DNA of 64,000 nt from Patescibacteria group bacterium (GTDB taxonomy: Bacteria > Patescibacteriota > Patescibacteriia > JBDRGY01): the NCBI GenBank assembly GCA_043817315.1, contig JBDRGY010000006.1, positions 18,077 to 82,076 of the forward strand, given 5' to 3'. Shown piece after piece: positions 47,859 through 57,389 of this stretch (position 1 is its first letter; each line of letters begins with the position of its first letter). A program made the translations under genes and the position numbers. Under the pieces are notes generated by a model. That model was not told the origin of the DNA and ran no database searches. It saw only the letters and a program-made list of their open reading frames with translations.

Positions 47859-47862
47859 GTAA

Positions 47863-50697
47863 TTATTCTACAGTCAGGGCCAGGTTATTACTTTTAGTAA
47901 CCTGGTTTTTGGTATTGGTTATTCTAAAATGAATTTGATAGGTATTGACTGCTGGTGCTTCTTCCCAGGTAAAATTAACATTTGCAGACTCAGGGTTTTC
48001 TGACGAGGCGATTGAACGAGTGATATTATCGGTGGGGCTAAGCCAGAACAGTTCTACTTTTTTGATACCCGCTGGATCAAAGGCAAACACAGAGATGGTG
48101 TAGGGAAAGTCGCCAGTGTCTACAGTGGTCTTTCCCGATGGGGAAGAAAAGTAATAAATAGCTGAGCGGTCGGTAAGGGTTAGGGTAAAATCAATTTCGT
48201 CTTCAGAAAAAAAATCATTTTTATTATAAACCACTGCTTTGAGGGTGTGTTTTCCATTCTCCAGGCTGGTAATTGTATAAGAAAGAGTATAAGGAGCGCT
48301 GGCAGCACTACCGATTAGCTGGTTGTCAATATAAAACTTGACTGCCTTGACAGCGACAGGAGAAATAGCAGAGGTGGTGATTTCTATAGTCTGGGAGGTA
48401 ACCTTAGCCCCATCAGCGGGAGATTCAATAGTTATGGTTGGCTCAAGACTAGGTTGATTGCGTAGGTTGCAGTCTTCATAAGTGACGTCTGAAATCAGAT
48501 AGTCCCCTTTGGCGCTAGCCCATCTTTGGACAGGGCTTTCCCAAAAGGAATATTGAGGATCCAAAGAAGGATTTTCCGGAGGATCTCCTTGCGGGTTGTT
48601 TTTGTCAACAAAATACAGAATGTTATGGGTAGTTTTTAACTCTTTTTCCACTACGTATTTTTCAGGATAATCACTGAGGCAGTTTTCGGGGATAACACGA
48701 TTGGTGAACTTGTCAACCTTAACTTTAGCCAAGGTGTCGATCTCCCCTCTTAATATGGGTTTGTCCGCCTTGTTGGAGGCGGGGGCCTTAAACGTTTCCA
48801 GAGGGTGATTGGCGGTAGCCTTATCCATAAATTCGTGCCAAATAGGAGCGGCTACTACAGAGCCAGCAGCACCAAGGTTCATTTCTGTATTGTCATTGTT
48901 GCCCACCCAAACACCAGTTGCCAAAGAAGGAGTATAACCAATGGTCCAGGCGTCCCGATAGTCTTGCGTGGTACCGGTTTTAGCAGCCACTTGACGGGAG
49001 CCAAGGTTGAGGTAATTTTGGCCGCCAAAAACATAGGCCCTGGCACTGTTATCAGACAAAACACTATTTATCTGTCGGCAAGCCTCTTCGTCAAGAACTT
49101 CGGTTTCTACATCTTGTTTCTCTTCTAAAATTTCACCGCTTGAGTCCTCGATTCTTAAGATAGCGGCAACTGGATGACGCTTACCCTCTCTGGCAAAAAC
49201 TGAAAAGGCAGCAACATGATCTAGTAATTTAACCTCGCCGCCGCCCAGAACCAGAGAAAGACCGTAGCGCTCCCGATCATTAAGAGTGGTATAGCCCATT
49301 TCGTGCGCCAGATCCAAGACATTGTCAACGCCGGCTAGATATAAAGTTTTAACAGCCGGGATATTCAAGGAGCCAGCTAGGGCTTGGCGCATAGAAACCG
49401 GGCCGCGCTCAGCCAAATCATAGTTTTTGGGAGTATAAGGGGTGCCACCGGTGCCAAAATCAGTTACCAGATCAAAAAGCATTGTTTCGGGAGTAAAACC
49501 TTTTTGGAAAGCGGAGGCATAGGCAATTGGTTTAAAAGAAGAACCAGGCTGTCTGTCTCTGATGGTGACATTGACGTTGCCGTCGTTCTCCAGATCAAAA
49601 TAATCGCGGGAGCCAACCATGGTTAGAATTTCCCCATTCTTGGGGTCAACAGCAACCAGGGCGGCGTTGCCTGCCCCGTACTGTTCGTATTTGGCAGCAC
49701 CATTTTCCACGGCCTGCTCGGCCATTTCCTGTAGTTGCATGTCAAGAGTAGTAAAGACCTTAAGCCCGCCTTGTTCAATTATTTTTTCCCCGTATTTCTC
49801 GGTCAGGATTTCCTTTACGTACATTACAAAATGAGGAGCCTGGATGGATCCGGAGCGGTATGAGTAAGTCAACTCTTGATTTTTAGCCCCTTCTGCCTCC
49901 TCGGCGGTGATAAAATCCAGTTCAACCATTTGGTCAAGCACCCATTGCTGTCTCCAAATCAAATCATCTTGATGACTGCCATAAGGAGAGTAATAAGTAG
50001 GGGCCTGGGGTAGGGCCGCTAAAATGGCTGATTCAGCTAAAGTAAGCTCTTTGGCTGATTTACCGAAATAACCGTTGGCGGCTGATTCAATTCCGTAAAA
50101 GTTGGAGCCGTACGGGATTTCATTGAGATACATTTGCAGAATTTGGTCTTTGGAAAACTTTCTTTCTATTTGATAAGTAAGGATAGCCTCTTTGATTTTA
50201 CGGGTCCAGGTTTTTTCGATGGTTAGAATGGCATTTTTGACAAACTGTTGGGTGATAGTAGAGGCACCCTCTGCCTTTCTTCTTTGAATAACGTCTTTGA
50301 CAACAGCGGTGATAATTCTTTTTAAATTAAAACCGGTATGCTGGTAAAAATTATGGTCCTCGGCGGCGACAGTAGCCCACTCCATATAGTCAGGAATTTC
50401 TTCCAAAGGAATAATAGTTCTTCTTTCCTCTCCTGATATTTCATAGAGCACCTGTTCACCGGTGCGGTCATAGATCTTGGTGCTTTGAGCCACTTGCCTC
50501 TCTATTAGTTTATCCGGGTCGGGCAGATCTTTGGAAAACCAGGCAAAGACAGCGATAATAATAATTACCCCGGCAATAAAAGTAATGCCCAAAATAGGCA
50601 ACAGATTCTTTTTCCAATTGCCCTTTTTAAAAATTGGCTTCCTGGGCCTTTTATCTTTTTTTTGCTTATCTTTCCAGGTTAATTGCGGAATTGGCAT
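47863..50697 (-). CDS. Class A penicillin-binding protein (PBP1A) with C-terminal Ig-like domains
   Basis: EDHNFY.H, GASTITQQ and RK.KE transglycosylase motifs; SSFK, SLN and KTG transpeptidase motifs. Confidence 0.95.
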   Translation of the reverse strand: MPIPQLTWKDKQKKDKRPRKPIFKKGNWKKNLLPILGITFIAGVIIIIAVFAWFSKDLPDPDKLIERQVAQSTKIYDRTGEQVLYEISGEERRTIIPLEEIPDYMEWATVAAEDHNFYQHTGFNLKRIITAVVKDVIQRRKAEGASTITQQFVKNAILTIEKTWTRKIKEAILTYQIERKFSKDQILQMYLNEIPYGSNFYGIESAANGYFGKSAKELTLAESAILAALPQAPTYYSPYGSHQDDLIWRQQWVLDQMVELDFITAEEAEGAKNQELTYSYRSGSIQAPHFVMYVKEILTEKYGEKIIEQGGLKVFTTLDMQLQEMAEQAVENGAAKYEQYGAGNAALVAVDPKNGEILTMVGSRDYFDLENDGNVNVTIRDRQPGSSFKPIAYASAFQKGFTPETMLFDLVTDFGTGGTPYTPKNYDLAERGPVSMRQALAGSLNIPAVKTLYLAGVDNVLDLAHEMGYTTLNDRERYGLSLVLGGGEVKLLDHVAAFSVFAREGKRHPVAAILRIEDSSGEILEEKQDVETEVLDEEACRQINSVLSDNSARAYVFGGQNYLNLGSRQVAAKTGTTQDYRDAWTIGYTPSLATGVWVGNNDNTEMNLGAAGSVVAAPIWHEFMDKATANHPLETFKAPASNKADKPILRGEIDTLAKVKVDKFTNRVIPENCLSDYPEKYVVEKELKTTHNILYFVDKNNPQGDPPENPSLDPQYSFWESPVQRWASAKGDYLISDVTYEDCNLRNQPSLEPTITIESPADGAKVTSQTIEITTSAISPVAVKAVKFYIDNQLIGSAASAPYTLSYTITSLENGKHTLKAVVYNKNDFFSEDEIDFTLTLTDRSAIYYFSSPSGKTTVDTGDFPYTISVFAFDPAGIKKVELFWLSPTDNITRSIASSENPESANVNFTWEEAPAVNTYQIHFRITNTKNQVTKSNNLALTVE

Positions 50698-50816
50698 AAA
50701 ATAGGCTTGACAATAATCTCAATTTATGATAGATTACCATGACGCTTTGTGCCTGTAATCATAGGGTGAAACAGCGTTTTTGGCAACCGGGGCTGCAACA
50801 GAAAAGGGGATCGGTC

Positions 50817-50969
50817 ATGAGAGTGCCGCCGGAAAACCAGGGCCGCCATGGTGGCCAGAAGAAAAAGGAAGATGACAGGGACGAACAGTCCACTCTAGAG
50901 CGTCATCCTCCCAGGAGGATGAGAGAGCTCGAAAGAAGAGCCAAGAAGAAAAAGAAACAGTCCAACTAG
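50817..50969 (+). CDS. Putative small charged protein (50 aa)
   Basis: AAGGGGA SD before ATG 50817; TTGACA-17-TAGATT promoter at 50707. Confidence 0.4.
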   Translation: MRVPPENQGRHGGQKKKEDDRDEQSTLERHPPRRMRELERRAKKKKKQSN

Positions 50970-52087
50970 TGCCAAGTGCGAGCCGAAGATCCAGACTCCA
51001 ACATTTCTTTGTTGGGAATTGAGAGAGCATCTCTAACCGGATCTTCCTCGCCATCAGTCGTGACTCCTGCGTCCGTGTGGGAGTCTTTTTTTATACTTTC
51101 CAGATACTTGTAAAGATTGAAATGTTGGTAGGCATTATCCGCTAAAGTTGGCTCCAGGCGGCGCAAGTCAACCTCGTTAACTTCAAGAAAGTTAAGTAAC
51201 TCCCGAAAATTATCGGTGTTAATTTCGTCGGAAAGATTATTGATTTTTTTCACGCCTTCCGATAAGTCCTTTAGAGTTTCCAACATAGACCGGTCTTCTT
51301 TTGGCAACTTGCCTCCCTTTTTGCCAAGCTTAAACTGCCACAACTTGCGGGTGCTAAGTTCGATGTAGTAACCTAATTGGAATTGCAATTCCTCTTGTAA
51401 ATCTTTAGCTACCGGGCTCTCGGCCAGCTCGTATTTGGGGGAGTTGCCATTAAGAGTGTCCACGAATTTTTGGTACAACTGCCTCCCCTTCTCGGTCTTT
51501 ACCCCCAAAACGACATGAGGCATCTTGATTGGGCCGCACATTTCAGGATTATCTTCCGGTTTGAAATAACGTACATTATTGAGGGTGCCAGCTTCGATGT
51601 TGGTAATATCGCGAATAATCTTTTGGTTAACCTGATCGGTTTCCGAGGTGCAGACGACATCTACGGCCAGTAAAAGGGGCTTGCCCTCTGCCTGATTAAA
51701 GACTAGCACCATATCGGTGCCATGACGGAAATCGTCTAATTCAGAGCCGGGCATGACGCTACAGTCAGGGCCTACCCAGTTGTGATAATAACAGCCTTCC
51801 ATCATGCAATACTCTAGCTTACGTCCCAGCTTGGTTTGCCTCTCAGTAATTGCATCAATATTTTCAGCAAAACCCCTTTTGGTTCTTTCTACCCACTTGG
51901 TATCCTTGTCAATTGTATCGGTGGAGATGGTGCCGGCAAACTGCTCAGGTCGGGGTCGGGAAGTATCCCATTTGGCTTCAATCTTGTCATGAAAAAGCTG
52001 ATCCTCTACTACCTCTTCATCTCTTTCGGCCAGTTCGCTAAACATTTTGCTGTCCAGGCCACTGCTGATGCCGTGACTACGACGCAT
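50966..52087 (-). CDS. Hypothetical protein, possible PD-(D/E)XK-like fold
   Basis: 373-aa ORF with an E...DD...GTD.V...LAVDV pattern. Confidence 0.6.
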   Translation of the reverse strand: MRRSHGISSGLDSKMFSELAERDEEVVEDQLFHDKIEAKWDTSRPRPEQFAGTISTDTIDKDTKWVERTKRGFAENIDAITERQTKLGRKLEYCMMEGCYYHNWVGPDCSVMPGSELDDFRHGTDMVLVFNQAEGKPLLLAVDVVCTSETDQVNQKIIRDITNIEAGTLNNVRYFKPEDNPEMCGPIKMPHVVLGVKTEKGRQLYQKFVDTLNGNSPKYELAESPVAKDLQEELQFQLGYYIELSTRKLWQFKLGKKGGKLPKEDRSMLETLKDLSEGVKKINNLSDEINTDNFRELLNFLEVNEVDLRRLEPTLADNAYQHFNLYKYLESIKKDSHTDAGVTTDGEEDPVRDALSIPNKEMLESGSSARTWH

Positions 52088-52976
52088 ACTTTTTACGATT
52101 AGTTATTAGAGCTGCTCCTAAAATATTGGAATGATATGGAGTTTTAGATTTCACAATTTTGGTTTTTAACTGTTCAGGATATAATAATAGTTTTTTCACT
52201 TTTTGTCTAGCCGGGTTAATAATCGGAGCCACAGTGCTAAGTCCTCCGCCGATGACAATAATATGGGGGTCATAGGCGTAGATAATATTAGCCAGACCAA
52301 TGGCCAAGTAATCAGACATCGTTTTAAGTAGTAACGAAGCGGCTCTCTCCCCTTTTTTGGCTGCCGCTACGATTTCATAAGTATCTTTTTTCTGCCCAGT
52401 TCTCTTCTTGTAAAGATAGATCATGGCGTTACCAGAGACGTAAGATTCAAAATGACCAAATCCTCCACACTTACATTTTTCCCCGTCCTTTTGCACTATG
52501 ATATGTCCAGCCTCTACAAGATTTTGACTGCCAGGATAAATTTTCTTATTAATAGTCAGAGCAAAGCCAATGCCGGTGCCTAAAGTTATACCGGCCACAA
52601 TAGGATATACTTTACCTTGTCCTATAATTGTTTCGGCCAGAACAAAACAGTTGGGATCATGCTCGATGAAGGTGGGCAGGCCAAGGCGTTGTTGTAAGAT
52701 TTTGGCTACTGCAAGATGACGACGAGCCCGCGGAAGATTATGACAATAGTGAAGAACTCCCTTGTGAGGATCAATGTTTCCAGGCAAAGCAACACCAATT
52801 TTTTTAACAAGCGGTGTTTTTAACTTTTTTGTAACATCGACTATGTCCTCAATTAAATATTTCCCCTGGGCTCGTATCGCTTTCTTGGAAAAAGCGACAA
52901 CCTGGTTATCAGAAACCAACCCGGCCTTAACCGAGGTACCCCCCACATCAATTCCTATAATAGTGCCTTTTTTCAT
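52077..52976 (-). CDS. ROK family sugar kinase (glucokinase-like)
   Basis: GIDVGGT, LGTGIG and EAGH....G.KC.CG..G..E motifs. Confidence 0.92.
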   Translation of the reverse strand: MKKGTIIGIDVGGTSVKAGLVSDNQVVAFSKKAIRAQGKYLIEDIVDVTKKLKTPLVKKIGVALPGNIDPHKGVLHYCHNLPRARRHLAVAKILQQRLGLPTFIEHDPNCFVLAETIIGQGKVYPIVAGITLGTGIGFALTINKKIYPGSQNLVEAGHIIVQKDGEKCKCGGFGHFESYVSGNAMIYLYKKRTGQKKDTYEIVAAAKKGERAASLLLKTMSDYLAIGLANIIYAYDPHIIVIGGGLSTVAPIINPARQKVKKLLLYPEQLKTKIVKSKTPYHSNILGAALITNRKKYAS

Positions 52977-53032
52977 AACCTAATTATAACAAAAACAAGC
53001 AGTTATAAGAAGTTTCTGCTTGTTCTATTGAT

Positions 53033-53962
53033 CTATTTTTTGTTATAGAATTTAGCTGCTACCTCCGGGGGGACGGAATTAATCACTACCCCTGAACCCA
53101 ATTCCACTCCAGCCCAGATACTTTCGCGGGGTTGAATTTTTAGATAGAAATGCTGGTCAGGATCTTTAATCACCTGATGTAGAAAGTAATTATAGGAAAT
53201 GCCGTTCTTATTTAGTTTGCCGATAATTTTCTTCAAAGCCTTGGCAAAAGAAAGCCGCTCCTCTTTAGTCAATTCAGTAACGTTGTCCGGATGCCGTCTG
53301 GGGAATATCCAGACTTCATAGTGGTAGGCGGAGGCGTAAGGACAAAAGGCGATGACATATTTATCGGAGTAAACCTGGCGGGGGCCGCCCTGTTCTTTCT
53401 TGATGATTTCACAAAAGGGACAGATGCCATTTTGAGTTTGATATTGATGGGCTTTGGTTAATTCATCTAAGACATCAGGGGGCAATAGCTCAGAGGCAAA
53501 GATCTGGGAGTGAGCGTGGTAGATAGAAGCACCGGCTTTGCCACCGTAGTTTTTAAAAACCAAGACGTATTCAATTTTCTTGTCCTGAGATAGCTTTTTG
53601 GTACGATCAGCATAAGCATCGATAATTTTAGTGACGTGAGTGACGGGTAAATCACCGATTTCTTTACTGTGGTCGGGAGTTTCCACTATTACCTCTTGGT
53701 AGCCATACGCCTTGGGGTTGTCCGGGGTCAGGGCAGGAAATTTATTTTTGATGGCTTTGACAAACCATTTGTCTTTAGGTCCGTAGGTGGTTACTTCTAA
53801 ATCTTTCTCTAGATTGCCCGGGCAAAATGGGCAAGAATGTAAAAACTCAATCTTGGTCTCCTCTTTGATGTCTCTGGGCCGCTTGGCTCTTTTGGGTGTA
53901 ATAACAACGTAACGATCCAAGAAATAATCTTTGCGGATTTCTGATTGGTGATTTTTAACCAT
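53033..53962 (-). CDS. GalT-family (HIT-like) nucleotidyltransferase
   Basis: RAKRP, CPFC.GN, N.FPAL and N.G..AGAS..HAHSQ motifs. Confidence 0.88.
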   Translation of the reverse strand: MVKNHQSEIRKDYFLDRYVVITPKRAKRPRDIKEETKIEFLHSCPFCPGNLEKDLEVTTYGPKDKWFVKAIKNKFPALTPDNPKAYGYQEVIVETPDHSKEIGDLPVTHVTKIIDAYADRTKKLSQDKKIEYVLVFKNYGGKAGASIYHAHSQIFASELLPPDVLDELTKAHQYQTQNGICPFCEIIKKEQGGPRQVYSDKYVIAFCPYASAYHYEVWIFPRRHPDNVTELTKEERLSFAKALKKIIGKLNKNGISYNYFLHQVIKDPDQHFYLKIQPRESIWAGVELGSGVVINSVPPEVAAKFYNKK

Positions 53963-55415
53963 TTTTGACTTTCTGATAGAGTTTAAGATATTCTTCCGAG
54001 GACTTTCGCCAGGAAAAATCAGTTTCCATTCCCCTAATCATTATCTTAGCCCATTTCTCCCGTTCTTTAAAGAGACTGACTGCTTCTTTGGCTTTTTGAA
54101 GTAGTCCCTGACTATTATACTCCTCAAAAACAAACCCCTTGCCTAACTTCGGATCTTCTACCGCATCAGCAACCGTATCCTTAAGCCCTCCGGTGGCTCG
54201 TACAATAGGCAAAGTACCATAGCGCATGGCAATTAACTGACCCAAACCGCAAGGTTCGAACCTTGACGGCATCAGGAATATATCAGAGCCGGCATAAATC
54301 TTTTGAGCCAGTCCGGCATCAAAACCAATAGTGACAAAGACGTCTTTTTTGAACTTTTTTTGGGCAGCCACCAGGATTCTTTCTAAATCAGGGGCTCCTT
54401 GACCCAAGACAACAAATTGACCGCCCAGCTTGACTATCGGTTCGATTATCTCTCCGATTAGCTCAATCCCTTTCTGATCGGTCAGGCGGGACACCAGGCC
54501 AAAAAGGGGCGACTCAGTGTTTTGTTTGAAACCAACCTCCTTTTGCAGGTCCAGTTTATTGAGCATTTTATCTTCAACATTTTTAGCGGAATAGTTGGCT
54601 TTAATTTCCGGGTCAGTGGCGGGATTAAACCGGTCCATATCAATACCGTTGAGAATACCGAAAAGATGGTCTTTTTGTTTCCGCAAATCCTTTTCTAATT
54701 GTTCGCCAAACTCTGGTGTTAAAATTTCCTGGGCGTAAGTAGGGCTAACTGTGTTTAACAAATCGGCATTGAGAATTCCTTGCTGGATGAGATTAATCTC
54801 CTTTTTGATCACTGGCTTAAGGTCGGGTAGGCCCAAAAATGATTTTATTTCTTCAGCGTCCCATTTACCTTGGTTGGCTAAATTGTGAATGGTAAAAACA
54901 GAATTGATCTTTTGATAACGGTCATCGACCAATTGCTTCTCTTCCAACAATTTGGGAATAATCCCAGTGTGCCAGTCCTGGCAGTGCAAGATATCAGGCC
55001 ACCAGTTTAATTTTTCAAAAATGGCTAGCGTGGCTGCCGAAAAGAACAAAAAGCGCTTGATTTCAGCAAAGCTGCCAACGAAAGCTGATTTCTCAAAGTA
55101 GATGCCGTTCTCTCCTAAAAATTCCTTATTTTCAATCAGATAAATAGGCGCTTTGATGTTGGGTATTTTTGCTTCCCAGAGATTAATAATCTTTTTTTCT
55201 TCACCTAGAGTAACCTCGATATTGTCTATAATCTTTTTGGCCGGATATTTCTTAGAATCTATTGATCCGTACTTGGGAATGGTTACTCGAATGTCCTGTC
55301 CCAGGTTTTTCAGAGCAATAGGCAAAGCCCCGGCCACATCACCAAGACCTCCTACTTTGGCAATAGGGGTTAGCTCTGAAGAAGCGAATAAGATTTTGTA
55401 TTTTGGTTTCGCCAT
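53955..55415 (-). CDS. glgA: Glycogen synthase (GT5)
   Basis: KVGGLGDV, HCQDWH, TIHNL, RL..QKG and PSRFEPCGL motifs. Confidence 0.93.
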   Translation of the reverse strand: MAKPKYKILFASSELTPIAKVGGLGDVAGALPIALKNLGQDIRVTIPKYGSIDSKKYPAKKIIDNIEVTLGEEKKIINLWEAKIPNIKAPIYLIENKEFLGENGIYFEKSAFVGSFAEIKRFLFFSAATLAIFEKLNWWPDILHCQDWHTGIIPKLLEEKQLVDDRYQKINSVFTIHNLANQGKWDAEEIKSFLGLPDLKPVIKKEINLIQQGILNADLLNTVSPTYAQEILTPEFGEQLEKDLRKQKDHLFGILNGIDMDRFNPATDPEIKANYSAKNVEDKMLNKLDLQKEVGFKQNTESPLFGLVSRLTDQKGIELIGEIIEPIVKLGGQFVVLGQGAPDLERILVAAQKKFKKDVFVTIGFDAGLAQKIYAGSDIFLMPSRFEPCGLGQLIAMRYGTLPIVRATGGLKDTVADAVEDPKLGKGFVFEEYNSQGLLQKAKEAVSLFKEREKWAKIMIRGMETDFSWRKSSEEYLKLYQKVKNG

Positions 55416-55417
55416 AT

Positions 55418-56302
55418 TTATTTTCTCACCTTTCTTATTAATTTTGCCAATCCTTGTTGGTATATCTTATCAGGAATTTGGAAATAATCCCATTGTCGCC
55501 TAGCTACCAGGCGGCCGTCTTTTACGTCGCCATGATAGTCGGTGCCGCCAGTAATTATAAGTTTTAAATCACTAGCCAGTCTTTGGTAATGTAAGACTTG
55601 ATGCCAGTTGTGGTATGGGGTAAAGGCCTCGACCCCCTGGATGCCCAGTTTTTTAAGTTGAGCAATTAATCCATCTTCGGCCCAAGACAATTGTTGGCCG
55701 GGATGAGCCAGAACTACTACAGCCCCCGCCTTTTTTAGGGTAATAATCACTTTACTGGCTGGCCAATCGATTGGCTCCACATAACCTTTTTTGCCTGGTG
55801 AGAAATATTTATTGAGAACTTCAAATAAATCGGCCCTGGGCCTGATTTCCCTAGTAAGTTTTTGGCGATTTTTGGGATGTTGTTGTAAATTACCGATTAT
55901 CTCTGCCCAACCGACATAGACTGACTTGGTTTTATTTAATTTCTGATAGTCGATAAAAAAACCCATTTTTTCGGCATTAGTCAGAATTTTGGCTACTCTT
56001 TGCTGGTGTTTCTTCTGAACAGTTTCCAGTAATTTAGCCAGAGCTTTACTGCTGGGGTCGAAATTATAGCCCAAAATATGCAAGCGTCTTTTTTTGTAAA
56101 TTGAATAGATTTCAATTCCACTTAAACAGGTCATTTCTAATCGCCTGGCAGCTTTTTGGGCTTCGGTAATCCCAGCTACGCCATTGTGGTCAGTTAGAGC
56201 GACTACTCGGCAACCAGCTTGGTTTGCTTTGTTAATAACCACCCGGGGAGCTAATTGCCCATCAGAACAGTAAGAGTGAAAGTGTAAATCTATTTTTGAC
56301 AT
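55418..56302 (-). CDS. PHP-domain phosphoesterase (TrpH/YciV-like)
   Basis: DLHFHS..SDG, LTDHN, LAHP and TGGTDYHG motifs. Confidence 0.9.
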   Translation of the reverse strand: MSKIDLHFHSYCSDGQLAPRVVINKANQAGCRVVALTDHNGVAGITEAQKAARRLEMTCLSGIEIYSIYKKRRLHILGYNFDPSSKALAKLLETVQKKHQQRVAKILTNAEKMGFFIDYQKLNKTKSVYVGWAEIIGNLQQHPKNRQKLTREIRPRADLFEVLNKYFSPGKKGYVEPIDWPASKVIITLKKAGAVVVLAHPGQQLSWAEDGLIAQLKKLGIQGVEAFTPYHNWHQVLHYQRLASDLKLIITGGTDYHGDVKDGRLVARRQWDYFQIPDKIYQQGLAKLIRKVRK

Positions 56303-56309
56303 CTTAAAA

Positions 56310-57389
56310 TTAGAAAAATTTATTAGGCTTTTTTATGGCTGTTTGTAGATCTTTCAGATGAGCCGGCAGAGCCTTTAGGGCTTTGGTCCGAATCGATTTG
56401 ATTTTGTTTGGGGGATAGCCGCTTTTTTTCATCTGCATAGCATAGTCATTAGTTTTGGCTAGTCTGGCGTGACGAACAAATCTAAGTGATAGAGAAAAGA
56501 CACAGATTCTAAAAAGTTTTTGGAAACGATCTTGATTTTTCTGTTGACGATAGATGGTTCTGAGAAATTTATCTCGCCAGCCAGAACGACGCCAGGACAA
56601 CATATAAATAAAACAGGGGTCAAAAGCTACATTATTCAGATTGAGCAGTTCCCAATCGAATAAAACCAGCTTCCCTTGAGGGTTGACCATTACATTGTTG
56701 GGATAGAAATCACCGTGGGACAAGGTATTGGAATTTTTTTCAATAAACTGCTTTTGACTTTTATAGAAATGATCGATGAAGGGAACTTCTTCCTTGAGAA
56801 ATCTCTGTAAATGAGGTTTCTGGATATAATACTGAAAATCGGTATTATACCAATTGAAGCCATGCTTGGGTACTTTAATAACTTTGGTTACCTTTTTGGT
56901 TAGCACTTGGAAGGCAATAACCGCTTTGGCCAAACGATCAGGAGATATTTTTTTGAGGAATTCATCGGTGTACCCAATATCCAGATCCATTATTCCGGCA
57001 AATTTACCCTCTTGGTATTCTCTTAAAAACCAGATAAAACCATAATCTTTTTCTATCCCAGATTTTTTGTATTCTGGAATTATAAAGTGAGAGCGAACCT
57101 GATGGGTAATGGGCCTGATTTTTTTATGGAAATTAATCTCGTTGAGAGCAGCCCGATAGACTTCGTGAGTATCCTGTAACCTGGCTTTAAAAAAATAAGT
57201 ATCCCCCTTTTTGTCATGGACTGCCGGCATGAAAAAGCGCTTTTCGTTTTTGACGAAATGATCAATAGTCACCTTGGGGTCAACCGGCACGATGTCCAAC
57301 TTTTTCATGGTTGCTTTTATTTTTTGCCTGGCCCGGGGCAGTAAGCCATAGCGGTAAGTAAAGACACTATCTTTTTTTCTTTTTGGCAT
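56310..57389 (-). CDS. APH/choline-kinase-like phosphotransferase
   Basis: HGDFYPNN (Brenner motif) and LFDWE. Confidence 0.8.
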   Translation of the reverse strand: MPKRKKDSVFTYRYGLLPRARQKIKATMKKLDIVPVDPKVTIDHFVKNEKRFFMPAVHDKKGDTYFFKARLQDTHEVYRAALNEINFHKKIRPITHQVRSHFIIPEYKKSGIEKDYGFIWFLREYQEGKFAGIMDLDIGYTDEFLKKISPDRLAKAVIAFQVLTKKVTKVIKVPKHGFNWYNTDFQYYIQKPHLQRFLKEEVPFIDHFYKSQKQFIEKNSNTLSHGDFYPNNVMVNPQGKLVLFDWELLNLNNVAFDPCFIYMLSWRRSGWRDKFLRTIYRQQKNQDRFQKLFRICVFSLSLRFVRHARLAKTNDYAMQMKKSGYPPNKIKSIRTKALKALPAHLKDLQTAIKKPNKFF

